A stretch of 64,000 bases of DNA from Fumia sp. (lineage in GTDB: Bacteria > Bacillota > Clostridia > Oscillospirales > Ruminococcaceae). This document shows positions 47,671-58,124 of this stretch, one piece after another. The notes under the pieces are model-generated. The model made no database searches and had not been told where the DNA came from. It saw only the letters and a list, made by a program, of their open reading frames with translations. Each line of letters opens with the position of its first letter. Position 1 is the first letter of the stretch. The stretch covers positions 17,981 through 81,980 of the forward strand of contig JAZLER010000016.1 of NCBI GenBank assembly GCA_045615345.1, written 5' to 3'. The position numbers and the translations under genes were made by a program.

Positions 47671-48921
47671 ATGCACGAAAGAAAACAAAATCTGTATATC
47701 CCGAATGACAAAGTAAGCGGATTGTTATTCTTGTTTTTAGCTTTTTTATTTGTAATGATGACGCTTACTAAAAACTGTTTTTCGGCGGCACTCACTGTAA
47801 TCGTATCGAACGGTGTTATGACAAAAGCCCAGACGGGACTTATAACTTCAGGATTTTATATACTTTACGGTCCTTTGCAGATTGTGGGTGGCGTTTTAGC
47901 TGACAGATATAACCCCAGAAATCTTATTGCAATGGGTGTTATCGGCTCAGTTATCGCAAACTTTGTAATCTTTTTTAACCACAACTTTTACGTTATGCTT
48001 ATTGCGTGGTCGTTAAATGGTGCAGCCCAGATGGGAATTTACCCCGCTATCTTTAAAATGATATCAGCGAGAATTTCCTACAACTGGCGAAGAAAAGCTA
48101 TATACTATTTCTCTTTCACCCAGATTATCGGTCAGCTTTTTGCATTCGTTCTGGCGGCATTCATAAAACGCTGGGAATATAACTTCCTCTTTTCCGCAGT
48201 TTCTTCTTCAATATTACTTGTAGCTCTCTTTGTTGCATTCAAATATGCAACAAAATATATGGTGCCAGAAGAAAAAATTGAAGATACACCAAAAGAAGAA
48301 GTTAAAAGCAACCTTTCTACATTTAAGCTCTTTTTGATAAGCGGATTTATAATCCTGTTACCGATGCGTATATTCAAAGACGTCATCAACCAGTCGGTAA
48401 GGCTTTACACCCCCACAATGATGATGGAATCGTATCAGAACTTAAATCCCACCATTTCAAACTTACTTAACGTGTTCGTGCTCATTTCAGGTACTGTCGG
48501 CACGATAGTTATGAGAAAAATTCTCTTTAAAAAGGAAAGAAACGAAGTTTTAACCATATTGCTTGCCGCCTTGACGGTAATTCCCTTTATTCTGTTAATC
48601 AAGTTTACAGGAAGCATTCATTACCTTGTTATACTCATCGCTTTGTGTTTTTCATCCGCAATTTTAAGCAGTATGACACTCCCTGAGTCATTTATAAGCA
48701 GTTCTTTTGCAAAATTCGGAAAGTCTGCAACCGCGGCGGGAATTCTTAATGGCGCCTCCTCACTCGGTATCGTTTTGCAAAGCTACGGACTTGGATATAT
48801 CGCCGACCATTTTGGCTGGAACACGGTAACTACCATTTACGTTGTATTCATCGGCATTACTGTCGTTCTCATGTTTACAATTCTTCCGTTGTGGACTAAA
48901 TTCAAAAAGAAATATTTGTGA
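47671..48921 (+). CDS. MFS transporter
   Basis: ~12 hydrophobic segments, GVLADRY.PR motif A, GYIADHFGW. Confidence 0.9.
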   Translation: MHERKQNLYIPNDKVSGLLFLFLAFLFVMMTLTKNCFSAALTVIVSNGVMTKAQTGLITSGFYILYGPLQIVGGVLADRYNPRNLIAMGVIGSVIANFVIFFNHNFYVMLIAWSLNGAAQMGIYPAIFKMISARISYNWRRKAIYYFSFTQIIGQLFAFVLAAFIKRWEYNFLFSAVSSSILLVALFVAFKYATKYMVPEEKIEDTPKEEVKSNLSTFKLFLISGFIILLPMRIFKDVINQSVRLYTPTMMMESYQNLNPTISNLLNVFVLISGTVGTIVMRKILFKKERNEVLTILLAALTVIPFILLIKFTGSIHYLVILIALCFSSAILSSMTLPESFISSSFAKFGKSATAAGILNGASSLGIVLQSYGLGYIADHFGWNTVTTIYVVFIGITVVLMFTILPLWTKFKKKYL

Positions 48922-48922
48922 T

Positions 48923-48978
48923 AAAAAGCGGAATTTTTCCGCTTTTTTTATTGACTTTTTTCACCCTTACTGTATAAT
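48923..48978 (+). terminator. Terminator followed by a sigma-A promoter for the BNR gene
   Basis: aaaaagcggaa-ttt-ttccgcttttt; TTGACT(48951)-16-TATAAT(48973). Confidence 0.65.
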
Positions 48979-49004
48979 GGTACATAAGAAAGAGGTGGGT
49001 ATTT

Positions 49005-50762
49005 ATGTACAGCCATATTGAAAAAATTAAATCCCGTCTGACCAATGAAGACGAGAAGTTTTTAAAAGATATTTATGCCCCTACTGAGGTTGCAACCTGC
49101 GATGAAGACTCATTCAGACACCTTTGCGTGACCCCTGACGGAAAAATCCGTTTTTATGGTCTTTACGGCAAAAAAACTGTTGTTGATAAAAATGCTCTCC
49201 ATTGTTATATCGAGTCAACCGATGGAGGCCTTTCATGGAAACGCCACTTAAAACCCGAGGGTGCACTCGGTGCATCGGTACAGATCCCTTTCGGTAAATA
49301 CAAGGGCAAATATATCGGTCCCGTTAAAATAGATGGTAAACTTTGCTACGCTGTTGCAGACGACCCAGACAGCGCGCCTTTCCTTGTTACCCCGATTGAG
49401 TCCAGCGACCACAGAATTACAAACGACTCCGCAGCTATGCCTTTATTTATGACATCTAAAGAAAGGATAGTTGTCGTTGTGCACGAACAGCGTCCAGAAA
49501 TTCACGAAAGTGCATACTTTGTAAAAGTTCATTATTCGGATGACTGCGGTGAAAGTTACAAAATCGCAGACCCCGGTCATGCTCCTCTGTTTGAAAAGCA
49601 ATGGCCTCATAAGGGTATGCGATGGGAACAAAACTACCGTGAAAACACAATTGAAGAGCTTTCCGATGGTACTTTGATGATGATTGCAAGAACTTCTTCC
49701 GACTACCATTATATAAACTATTCTTACGATGGTGGCGAAACTTGGACTACTCCTGAGCCCTCCGTTTTCCATTCCACAGGCACCATGCCAAAACTCAAAA
49801 AGCTTTCAGACGGCAGAATAGTATTTTGCTGGTGTAACACAAAGCTTCTCCCCGAGGTTGACGATACTGACGGCCTATGGGAAGACTTTTTCACAAACCG
49901 CGATGCAAACCATATTGCTATAACCGAAGATGATGGTAAAACCTGGAAAGGTTTCAGGGAAATGGTTTTGAATCCTATAAGACATTATGCTGATTTTCGT
50001 TCCTTTGGCGGAATTACATCGGGTGCCGACAAGAGTGTTCATCAGTTCGAGATTATGGAGCTCCCCTTCAACAAGCTTTTGGTAGCTTACGGACAAAACA
50101 GAGCTTGTGTAAGAATTCTTATCTTAGACCTTGACTGGATTTATGAAAAGAGTCGTGTGAACACCCCCGTAAACGGACTTGAAAACCTCTCAACACAAAC
50201 CTATGTAAAGAGTATCCCCGGTGGATTTTTGGGAAGCCGTACCGAAGCAAATGAGCATACGGGTCATTGTGCTTACAATCGTATGAGCAGTGTTATGGTT
50301 GTCCCCAATCCCTACGACCCCACCTTTGAAGCGTTAAGCTTCAAAACCCTCCACGATGAAAGACTTTTAAGTACCATAAGCGGAGCTGTATGGAACTTCC
50401 CGATTGCAAGAAAAGGTACCGTAAAAATCAAGGCAAAAATCGGCGGTATGGGACTTCGTATTTCACTTTTGGACCACTGGATGAACCCCACCGATAACAC
50501 TCTCCCCTACTTTGCCGATTACAGCATCGTTTTAAGGGAAGATATGCACGAAAAAGACGAGATGGCAGAGTTTGTGTTCAACTTTGACTGTGACAAAGGA
50601 GAAGTCACCCTGACTGTTGGCGATTATGTTAAACATACTTCCCGTATGAACAACAACCACCCGATGGGTCTTTGCTACTTACATATGCAGACTGCAGCCC
50701 CCAACGGTGTCCAAGACCCCGAAGAAACCATAGTTTCCCATCTCACTTTCAACGCAGAATAA
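49005..50762 (+). CDS. BNR/Asp-box sialidase-like protein (no signal peptide)
   Basis: STDGGLSW, SDDCGESY, SYDGGETW, TEDDGKTW; ELSDG.LMMIAR. Confidence 0.8.
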   Translation: MYSHIEKIKSRLTNEDEKFLKDIYAPTEVATCDEDSFRHLCVTPDGKIRFYGLYGKKTVVDKNALHCYIESTDGGLSWKRHLKPEGALGASVQIPFGKYKGKYIGPVKIDGKLCYAVADDPDSAPFLVTPIESSDHRITNDSAAMPLFMTSKERIVVVVHEQRPEIHESAYFVKVHYSDDCGESYKIADPGHAPLFEKQWPHKGMRWEQNYRENTIEELSDGTLMMIARTSSDYHYINYSYDGGETWTTPEPSVFHSTGTMPKLKKLSDGRIVFCWCNTKLLPEVDDTDGLWEDFFTNRDANHIAITEDDGKTWKGFREMVLNPIRHYADFRSFGGITSGADKSVHQFEIMELPFNKLLVAYGQNRACVRILILDLDWIYEKSRVNTPVNGLENLSTQTYVKSIPGGFLGSRTEANEHTGHCAYNRMSSVMVVPNPYDPTFEALSFKTLHDERLLSTISGAVWNFPIARKGTVKIKAKIGGMGLRISLLDHWMNPTDNTLPYFADYSIVLREDMHEKDEMAEFVFNFDCDKGEVTLTVGDYVKHTSRMNNNHPMGLCYLHMQTAAPNGVQDPEETIVSHLTFNAE

Positions 50763-50765
50763 ATT

Positions 50766-50797
50766 AAAAGCCAGGCGTTACCGCCTGGCTTTTTTTG
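50766..50797. terminator. Bidirectional intrinsic terminator
   Basis: aaaagccaggcg-ttac-cgcctggctttt. Confidence 0.8.
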
Positions 50798-51761
50798 TTA
50801 TTCCGATTACTGTAAAAACAGTTGCTATAAATATAAGTGATGCTAAAACAATAAAGGAAACATTTCCGCTTGTGCATTCTTCCCAGTTATAAAAATCCAC
50901 TTCGTAATGGTTTTCGTTTGTTCCAAACAAGAAATTTACAATGTGCCCCAGAAAATAATAAAAAGCAGTCGAAAGATATATACATATCCCCGTTTTAAGA
51001 AACGCACAAAAACTGAAAGTGCATATCAAAGCACAAAGTATCGCAGGTATATATGAATACAAAGTAACAAATATTGCAGAATCAAGCATAAATGGTTTAA
51101 AAGTATTCACCATAAGCAATAAAAGTAAAGTTAAAATCATTGTTACCATAAGAGAAATCACAAACTTATATCGGGTTTTTAAAAGAAGAGGCAAAAATAT
51201 CAGCACATACCCCATCAATGTTCCGATACATGCTACGGGAACCCAAAAAAGTGTTTTTGTATATACACCACAGGTAAACAACAAAATACATATAGAAATG
51301 TAGGTCGTAACAGTAAACCATAAAAGTTTTTTCTTTTTAACAAAACAAGTGAAATTCGGTATAAAAGTGTAAGCACAAACAAGTGCCGACAGTACAATAA
51401 AAAACCACGAAAGAGTATGATTTACAGCCAAGTTACAGATAAAACAAGTAACAAGCGCCACTATATAGGATATTGTGGGAACTAAAATCCAGGTACTTCT
51501 TATAACTCTAAATTTTTTTGCCTCGTAATGAATTTTCCTTGAATCCGTATCAGTAGAAGCCGTTATCAGCTCATGTTCGGTTATTTCAAGAGCTTTGCAG
51601 ATATCCGAAATCATAGTGATATCGGGATAAGAAACTCCCCTCTCCCACTTGCTCACGGCACCTTCTGTGACAAACAAAAGCTCAGCAAGGTCTTTTTGCG
51701 AATATCCTTTTTCTGCACGCTTTGCTTTTATAAAGGTACCGAATGTTTTTTTGTCAGTCAT
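50778..51761 (-). CDS. XRE-family HTH fused to a multi-pass membrane domain
   Basis: SQKDLAELLFVTEGAVSKWERG.SYPD followed by ~8 TM segments. Confidence 0.85.
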   Translation of the reverse strand: MTDKKTFGTFIKAKRAEKGYSQKDLAELLFVTEGAVSKWERGVSYPDITMISDICKALEITEHELITASTDTDSRKIHYEAKKFRVIRSTWILVPTISYIVALVTCFICNLAVNHTLSWFFIVLSALVCAYTFIPNFTCFVKKKKLLWFTVTTYISICILLFTCGVYTKTLFWVPVACIGTLMGYVLIFLPLLLKTRYKFVISLMVTMILTLLLLLMVNTFKPFMLDSAIFVTLYSYIPAILCALICTFSFCAFLKTGICIYLSTAFYYFLGHIVNFLFGTNENHYEVDFYNWEECTSGNVSFIVLASLIFIATVFTVIGITKKARR

Positions 51762-51816
51762 ATTATCACCTCTGTCTGACATTTTATTATAGCTACAAAT
51801 TACTGTCAATGGACTG

Positions 51817-52821
51817 TCAGTCCACCCTTATTTTGCCTTCCCTGTCCTCACCTGCACCAAAACGGGTGAGATAAATTTTATCGTCTTTAATCGAAACCAC
51901 ATCAAAAGCTGTTTCTGTAATAGTCCCCACCTCGCGTTTCGGGCAGAGATTACACCATTCCTGCACATAAGAACAAAGGGTTGTTATAACAGGCAAATCA
52001 TCGTCATATACAAAGTTATCAAAATGCACATGTCCTGCAAGTATACAAACAACATTAGGCGCATTTTTAATAGCGTGATAAACCCTCGGTGCATTCAGTA
52101 TATCGTCATAAGGTTTTATATATGTGGGAGCATCACCCGAGCCGATAATCCCACTGTTATGTATCGGTGAATGACAGACAACCACAACATTCTTGTCGGT
52201 ATCAAGAGCTTCTTTTTCAAGCCACTCAGCCTGTTCGTTTGAAAACTCCATTCTCCAGCCAAAAGGATATTGTCCGTTTGGCAACTTGTGATAAGGCTTG
52301 TCGTTCACATCAAGGAAAACAAAACGATAACCCACATCTTCAAAATCTATAAAATAGTAATTTTTATCGGTGGGATTATTTTTCATACAAAGCTTGTGCA
52401 AATCCTCGGGAGTAAATGCACAAATTGTGTTGTCACGCCCATTATCTACAGCATCACCGATAGCATCATCGTGGTTTCCCAAAACGCAGTGAACAGGTAC
52501 TGAAAGCGAATATAAAGCATCCATTATCTCGTGATGTGCAGTACGCACTTTTATGGGGTCAGGGTCGTAATCGCAACCAATATCCCCACCCGAAATCACA
52601 AACTTAATACCGGGTACACGGTCAATGATATACTGAATGGAGCGAATATGGTCAACTCCGTCTTCGTAGTCTGTCATTTTGCTCAGTCCCGCTTCGATGG
52701 CAAACTTGTTAAGCTTATGATGCATATCAGTGATAAAGACAAAATTAAGCGGTGCTTTAAGGTCATTTATCTTTTTGATTTTTTCATCATAATGGGTTGT
52801 AAGATATCTTAAATCTTTCAT
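51817..52821 (-). CDS. Calcineurin-like metallophosphoesterase
   Basis: TDMH, GGD, GNHD, H, GHVH. Confidence 0.9.
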   Translation of the reverse strand: MKDLRYLTTHYDEKIKKINDLKAPLNFVFITDMHHKLNKFAIEAGLSKMTDYEDGVDHIRSIQYIIDRVPGIKFVISGGDIGCDYDPDPIKVRTAHHEIMDALYSLSVPVHCVLGNHDDAIGDAVDNGRDNTICAFTPEDLHKLCMKNNPTDKNYYFIDFEDVGYRFVFLDVNDKPYHKLPNGQYPFGWRMEFSNEQAEWLEKEALDTDKNVVVVCHSPIHNSGIIGSGDAPTYIKPYDDILNAPRVYHAIKNAPNVVCILAGHVHFDNFVYDDDLPVITTLCSYVQEWCNLCPKREVGTITETAFDVVSIKDDKIYLTRFGAGEDREGKIRVD

Positions 52822-52833
52822 TTTTATACCTTC

Positions 52834-53598
52834 TTATTCGATTATCGCAATCAGCTGTGTAATAAATTTACTTTTATCTTTATGCTGTGGTGGCCCTTCA
52901 AGATAAAGATTTCTGAACACGCCCGACAGCTTTATATTATTTTCTTTTGCATATGAAATGAGTTTTTCACGAGCTTTTGGGATATCCTCGTACGCTCCGT
53001 GATGGAAAAATGCAATTGCCTTGAGTTTAGAAAACTTTTTAATATATTCGCCCTCACTGTCTGAAGGTATAGCAATACCGTAAGAAATTTCTTCAGGCGT
53101 ACCGGTAGAATATTCAGTAAAATACATACGCTTTGTGGTATCTATTCCGTAATTCTTCATAGCCTCAGTAGCTGTATATCTTAAATAATCAATTTTGTCA
53201 GCAATTGAATCTGATTTAAATGTACGACAATAAATTGTCTGCGGTTCGATATCAATTACCCTGATATCATCACACTGTTTACGAGTTCTCTCTTTCAATT
53301 TTTCTATAGTCAGATTAAGCTCATCCCTCATTTTTTCAAGACGATTTATCATCGGTACCAAATCCGAAGTATTGCTGAAATATTCAAGTATCTCGTCCAG
53401 AGAAAGACCTAAATTCTGAAAAGTCCGTATTGTACGGATACGGGTAAAAGTATCGATATTGTAATATCTGTTACCGGTAGTTCCTTCCTTTTTGTCAGGG
53501 GAAACAAGTCCTTTTGCTTCGTAATTGAGTATTGCTTTCCTCGTAATGCCAACAGCTTTTGCGACCTCGCCAATTGAAAATAAATTTTTATTATCCAT
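52834..53598 (-). CDS. MerR-family regulator with GyrI-like effector domain
   Basis: FSIGEVAK...YEAKGLV.P...RYY, GLSLDEI; HHGAYE, YLEGP. Confidence 0.9.
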   Translation of the reverse strand: MDNKNLFSIGEVAKAVGITRKAILNYEAKGLVSPDKKEGTTGNRYYNIDTFTRIRTIRTFQNLGLSLDEILEYFSNTSDLVPMINRLEKMRDELNLTIEKLKERTRKQCDDIRVIDIEPQTIYCRTFKSDSIADKIDYLRYTATEAMKNYGIDTTKRMYFTEYSTGTPEEISYGIAIPSDSEGEYIKKFSKLKAIAFFHHGAYEDIPKAREKLISYAKENNIKLSGVFRNLYLEGPPQHKDKSKFITQLIAIIE

Positions 53599-53636
53599 AA
53601 AAAATCCTCTTTTTCCAGTATTTTTTGCAAAAACAC

Positions 53637-53667
53637 TTGCATCGCACCCTAAGGTACGGTGTATAAT
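53637..53667 (+). promoter_or_regulatory. MerR-type promoter (19-bp spacer with dyad)
   Basis: TTGCAT-cgCACCctaaggtacGGTG-TATAAT; spacer is exactly 19 nt. Confidence 0.75.
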
Positions 53668-53737
53668 AATGATAGCATATAGTTTCAAAAAACTCAAGTG
53701 GCTTTGCACCTAAATTTTATTTTTGGAGGAAATTATT

Positions 53738-54217
53738 ATGAAAAAATTACTGGCGCTCTTACTTACTATTGTTATGTCCGTTACATTATTTGCAGGATGC
53801 TCAGACCCTGTTTATGATGACTTTTCAAATTACTTAAATGTTGAAATGGCAGAAGTCAACGCTGATTATACAAAAATCACTGAAGAAGTCGGCAGATGGG
53901 AAGCTATGGAAGATGACAACGCTATTGCAAAAAGCTTAAGCGAAGTGCTTATTCCCCTTGTAGACGGTTCACTTTCAAAGCTTCAGAATGTAAACCCCCA
54001 GACAGATGAGGTTAAAGCAATCAAAGCAAAATATGTAAAAGTAATGGAAGCTTATAAGACAGGTTTTGAAACACTTTTGGAAGGTTGCAACACTCAGGAC
54101 GAAGCAACCATCAATGCAGCAAACGAAGCCCTCAACGAAGGCATCACACTTTTAGACGAATACAATGCAGCACTTGAAGCTTTGGCAACAGAAGTTGGCG
54201 GAGAAATTGAATACTAA
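53738..54217 (+). CDS. Acidic helical lipoprotein, unknown function
   Basis: MKK + hydrophobic + LFAGC lipobox; GGAGG SD. Confidence 0.85.
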   Translation: MKKLLALLLTIVMSVTLFAGCSDPVYDDFSNYLNVEMAEVNADYTKITEEVGRWEAMEDDNAIAKSLSEVLIPLVDGSLSKLQNVNPQTDEVKAIKAKYVKVMEAYKTGFETLLEGCNTQDEATINAANEALNEGITLLDEYNAALEALATEVGGEIEY

Positions 54218-54240
54218 AATTAAATTTGTGTAAAGCCAGA

Positions 54241-54263
54241 CCCCCTCACAAAACGTGAGGGGG
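54241..54263. terminator. Terminator-like hairpin
   Basis: cccctcac-aaaac-gtgagggg. Confidence 0.6.
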
Positions 54264-54406
54264 TTAATCTTTTAAACTGCCTTATATATCTCCTTAAAAC
54301 ATTTTATCCAATTGGGGGCGTACATTTTTTGGTACTGCCAATTGAAATGTGCAACATAATTTAAAATTAAAAGCCTTGTACATAGACTTACAAGGCTTTC
54401 TCAGTT

Positions 54407-54835
54407 TTATAAAATTTCTTTTTCCAGAATCTCTGCGGCAGTTCTTACAAAATCGGCACAGGGGCCTTTGTGATGAGGAGTTGCAGTTGGAGCAGGCTCT
54501 TTACCTTTCGAAAGGCCTAAAAGCTCACGGCAGACAATACCGCCCTTTTTCTCCTGAAACTCACCAGCAAGCTTACGGATAAGAGCATAAAACTCTTTTT
54601 TCTCGGTGTCTGCCTTGGGGTCATTATAACCTTTTACCATACTTAAAACAAACACCATACCGCTCACGGCACCGCAGACTTCCCTGAGTCTTCCGATACC
54701 TCCGCCAAAGCCAGAAGCAAGCATTGCGACAGTTTTTTCTTCCATACCCATCACATCTGCAAACGCTACCGCTACAGCCTGGGCACAGTTATAACCTTCT
54801 TTAAATTTTTCGTATGCAATATCTGCTCTTGTCAT
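54407..54835 (-). CDS. C-GCAxxG-C-C family putative redox protein
   Basis: YNCAQAV, GFGGG...CGAVSG, VCREL, C. Confidence 0.9.
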   Translation of the reverse strand: MTRADIAYEKFKEGYNCAQAVAVAFADVMGMEEKTVAMLASGFGGGIGRLREVCGAVSGMVFVLSMVKGYNDPKADTEKKEFYALIRKLAGEFQEKKGGIVCRELLGLSKGKEPAPTATPHHKGPCADFVRTAAEILEKEIL

Positions 54836-54844
54836 ATTAACACC

Positions 54845-55681
54845 TTATTTAAGCAAATTTTCAACAACATCTGCTGCACCTTCCATCCAGTCGCCTTCAA
54901 AGAGTTCGATTACACCCTGGTCGCAGTTTTTAGCAAGCTGAGGGTCAATGGGAAGTTTTGCAAGAACGGGGAGGTTAAATTTCTCTGCAGTTTCGTCAAT
55001 ATGGCTTTCACCGAATACATTGATTTTCTTGCCACAGTCAGGGCAGGAAATATAACTCATATTCTCAACAAGACCTAAAATCGGGATATTCATCTGGTTT
55101 GCCATATTTACAGCTTTTTCAACAATCATGGAAACAAGCTCCTGAGGAGAAGCAACCACGATAATTCCATCAAGGGGAATAGACTGGAAAACAGTCAAAG
55201 GAACATCACCTGTTCCGGGAGGCATATCGACAAACATAAAGTCAACATCGTTCCAGATAACATCTGTCCAGAACTGTTTTACAGTACCTGCGATAACAGG
55301 GCCACGCCATACAACGGGAGTGGTTTCGTTTTCAAGAAGAAGATTTACAGACATTACAGAAATACCCGTTTTGGTTTCCACGGGGAAGATGCCACCCATA
55401 CCATCGCCCATTGCTTTTTCCTTGATACCGAAAGCCTTGGGGATACTGGGGCCTGTGATATCAGCATCTAAAACAGCGGTGTTGTATTCTCTTCTTTTCA
55501 TAATTACAGAAAGCATAGAGGTAACCATACTTTTACCTACGCCACCCTTACCGCTGACAACACCGATAACTTTTTTGATATTGCTTAGCTCATGCGGTTT
55601 TTCCAAGAAATCGTTCGGTGAAGTCTTTCTTGAAGAACAATCCTTACCGCAAGTGTTACAGTTGTGAGTACATTCGCTCAT
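54845..55681 (-). CDS. Mrp/NBP35 (ApbC-like) Fe-S cluster carrier ATPase
   Basis: SGKGGVGKS, DADITGPS, WRGP, DMPPGTGD, ENMS..CPDC. Confidence 0.95.
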   Translation of the reverse strand: MSECTHNCNTCGKDCSSRKTSPNDFLEKPHELSNIKKVIGVVSGKGGVGKSMVTSMLSVIMKRREYNTAVLDADITGPSIPKAFGIKEKAMGDGMGGIFPVETKTGISVMSVNLLLENETTPVVWRGPVIAGTVKQFWTDVIWNDVDFMFVDMPPGTGDVPLTVFQSIPLDGIIVVASPQELVSMIVEKAVNMANQMNIPILGLVENMSYISCPDCGKKINVFGESHIDETAEKFNLPVLAKLPIDPQLAKNCDQGVIELFEGDWMEGAADVVENLLK

Positions 55682-55773
55682 TATATTCATCCTTTCGCAA
55701 TTCACAAGAAAAACCGGAGAAAACTCCGGTTAATCCTTTAACAATATAATTATAAAACCAATTCATTAAAAAG

Positions 55774-56199
55774 TCAATAGAGGTTTTTCTCCATTCCGAT
55801 ATGGGGACATCCTTCTTCGAGGTACTCCTCCCCTGCTTTTTCAAAGCCTTGTTTTGCATAAAAGCCAGAAGCTCTCACCTGAGCACCGAGAACTACTTTT
55901 TTACCGCCTAAAGACTTTGCCTTTTCGCAAATAGCTTTCATAAGCTCTGCACCAAGTCCTGTACCTCTGTAAGACTTTTTGACAGCAATTCTTCCTGCAT
56001 GCCAGATGTTATCACCATCGTAAAAAATCCTCGCACAGCAAACGGGAAGCTCTCCGTCATAGCCCACAATATGGTAGCTTTCTTTGTCCTTTTCATCAAA
56101 TTCTTCTTCGAAACCCTGCTCTTTTATAAAAACTTCTTCTCTTATCATAAAGGCATCTTTAACAATATCTGACGGCATCCCGGCCCATTTAAACTCCAT
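55774..56199 (-). CDS. GNAT acetyltransferase (ElaA/YjcF-like)
   Basis: REEVFIKEQG, GRIAV...RGTGLG, FYAKQGF, EEGCPHI.M. Confidence 0.9.
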   Translation of the reverse strand: MEFKWAGMPSDIVKDAFMIREEVFIKEQGFEEEFDEKDKESYHIVGYDGELPVCCARIFYDGDNIWHAGRIAVKKSYRGTGLGAELMKAICEKAKSLGGKKVVLGAQVRASGFYAKQGFEKAGEEYLEEGCPHIGMEKNLY

Positions 56200-56210
56200 A
56201 GTTTTCTCCT

Positions 56211-56888
56211 TTACAGGTCAATTGTTTTTATGTACTTACTGTCTTTAAAAACCTCAATAAGTTCGGACGGCACATGACCTTTGGGGAATTTTATAAAAAG
56301 TTTTAAGTCAACGCCTTTTTCGGGAATTCTTTTAACACGCATATTCAATATTTCGATATCCCGTTCTTCAAGTTTTGTCAGCAGATAATCCAGTGCCTCG
56401 GATTCTTCGGTTACCATAACGCTGATTTCTTCCGAAATGTTGAGCATTTTTTTAGTGAACCACTTACCGTGCAAAATAGTCTGCATAACAAAAATTATAA
56501 CCGATGAAGCAATACCAATTGTATACATACCTGCGCCTACTGCCATACCTACACCTGCAGTTGCCCAGATACCTGCGGCAGTTGTAAGTCCGCTTATTGT
56601 CTGGCGTTTAACGAAAATCATACCTGCGCCAAGGAAACCGACACCCGATACAATCTGCGCCGCCACCCTTGATGGGTCAAGCTTGGTATCACCCAGCATA
56701 CCAACAAGATCAAAAAATCCGTATTTTGAAACAATCATCATAAGCGCTGAGCCAAGTGCAACAATAAGATGAGTACGGATACCGGCTTCTTTCATTCTGT
56801 GTTTACGCTCATAACCGATAAGTCCGCCACATAAAGCTGCAAGAAAAAGTCTTAAGATATACTCGCCCTGAATTAAAATTTCTGACAT
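56211..56888 (-). CDS. MgtC/SapB-family membrane protein
   Basis: IGYER, AGIRTH, DPSRVAAQIVSGVGFLGAG, GLTTAA.IW. Confidence 0.95.
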   Translation of the reverse strand: MSEILIQGEYILRLFLAALCGGLIGYERKHRMKEAGIRTHLIVALGSALMMIVSKYGFFDLVGMLGDTKLDPSRVAAQIVSGVGFLGAGMIFVKRQTISGLTTAAGIWATAGVGMAVGAGMYTIGIASSVIIFVMQTILHGKWFTKKMLNISEEISVMVTEESEALDYLLTKLEERDIEILNMRVKRIPEKGVDLKLFIKFPKGHVPSELIEVFKDSKYIKTIDL

Positions 56889-56901
56889 TTTAATGCCCTC
56901 C

Positions 56902-57996
56902 TCATTTTAGTAGCATTACGGCAGTAAGTATGCCTAAAAAGCTGAAATTAAAAATAGAAAAGTATTTTATGTAATGTCTTGTTCTTTCGGGGTTGTGTTT
57001 AGTGTATTCCCTGAAAGTAATAAGACTGGCAAGAGAGGAAATCAGTGTACCGACACCTCCGATATTTACGCCTACAAGCAAATCGGCATAGTTTCCGGTA
57101 AACTGCGAAAGCAATATTGCGCTCGGCACATTGCTGATAACCTGACAGGAAAGAATGGAAAAAAGAAGTGTGCTTTTCTGAAGTAAAAATGAAAATACAT
57201 ATCTAACCACTTCAATTCTCGCCATATTTCCTGAAAAGATAAAAAAGAAAACAAAGGTAAGAAGAAGTCCGTAGTCAACATCTTTTAATGCTTTTCTGTC
57301 CATAAACAAAAGCGCCAAAGGAATTACTACAAGTCCCGCTATATACGGAACACCTCTGAAAACAATTGCAATCGAAAGTGCAAAAAGCAAAAGATAGATA
57401 ATAGTTTTCAAAGGACTGATTTTTACCTTTTCGTCCTCAAGCTCCAGCGGCTCGGGTTTTACAAAAACGATGCAGCATAGTGTTATCAGAATTACGGCAA
57501 CCACAAAGGGAAGCAACATAATACTTATAAACTCTGCATTCGGAATTTCGAAAAATGAATAAAGGTACAGGTTTTGCGGATTACCAAAAGGGGTCAGCAT
57601 ACCGCCTAAGTTTGCCGCAATATTCTGCATAATAAAAGTAAAAGCCATAAGGCGTCCGTTATGGGTAGACGAAATAACAAAATACCCTAAAGGCAAGAAA
57701 GTTAAAAGAGCCATATCGTTGGCAATAAGCATAGAACCGATAAAAGTAATGTACACCAGTGCTAAAATACACATTCTTGCATTTTTAAAAAGACGGACAG
57801 TTTTCCTTGCTAAGATATAAAAGAAGTTAATGTTTTTAAGAGCACAAACTACCGCTAAAACACAAAAAAGACAGCTGAGTGTCTTAAAGTCAAAATAACT
57901 GATATAGTTCTTGTCAACAGGTACAAAAAATGTTGTTATCAGTGCTGCTGTAAAAGCGATAACCACAACGATGTTTTTCCTTACAAACTCACGCAT
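56902..57996 (-). CDS. SLC13/CitMHS-like anion permease
   Basis: ANDMAL, AANLGG.LTPFGNPQNL, ISNVP, GTLISSLASL. Confidence 0.85.
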   Translation of the reverse strand: MREFVRKNIVVVIAFTAALITTFFVPVDKNYISYFDFKTLSCLFCVLAVVCALKNINFFYILARKTVRLFKNARMCILALVYITFIGSMLIANDMALLTFLPLGYFVISSTHNGRLMAFTFIMQNIAANLGGMLTPFGNPQNLYLYSFFEIPNAEFISIMLLPFVVAVILITLCCIVFVKPEPLELEDEKVKISPLKTIIYLLLFALSIAIVFRGVPYIAGLVVIPLALLFMDRKALKDVDYGLLLTFVFFFIFSGNMARIEVVRYVFSFLLQKSTLLFSILSCQVISNVPSAILLSQFTGNYADLLVGVNIGGVGTLISSLASLITFREYTKHNPERTRHYIKYFSIFNFSFLGILTAVMLLK

Positions 57997-58124
57997 TTAC
58001 TTTCCCTTTTTTCTATAAATAATCTTTATAATACCACTTTTGAAGGCTTTGTGTCAAGTTTTTTATAAAAATATTTGACTTTTTTTAATAAATATGTTAA
58101 TTTAGTGTAGAAAGAGGCGATAAA

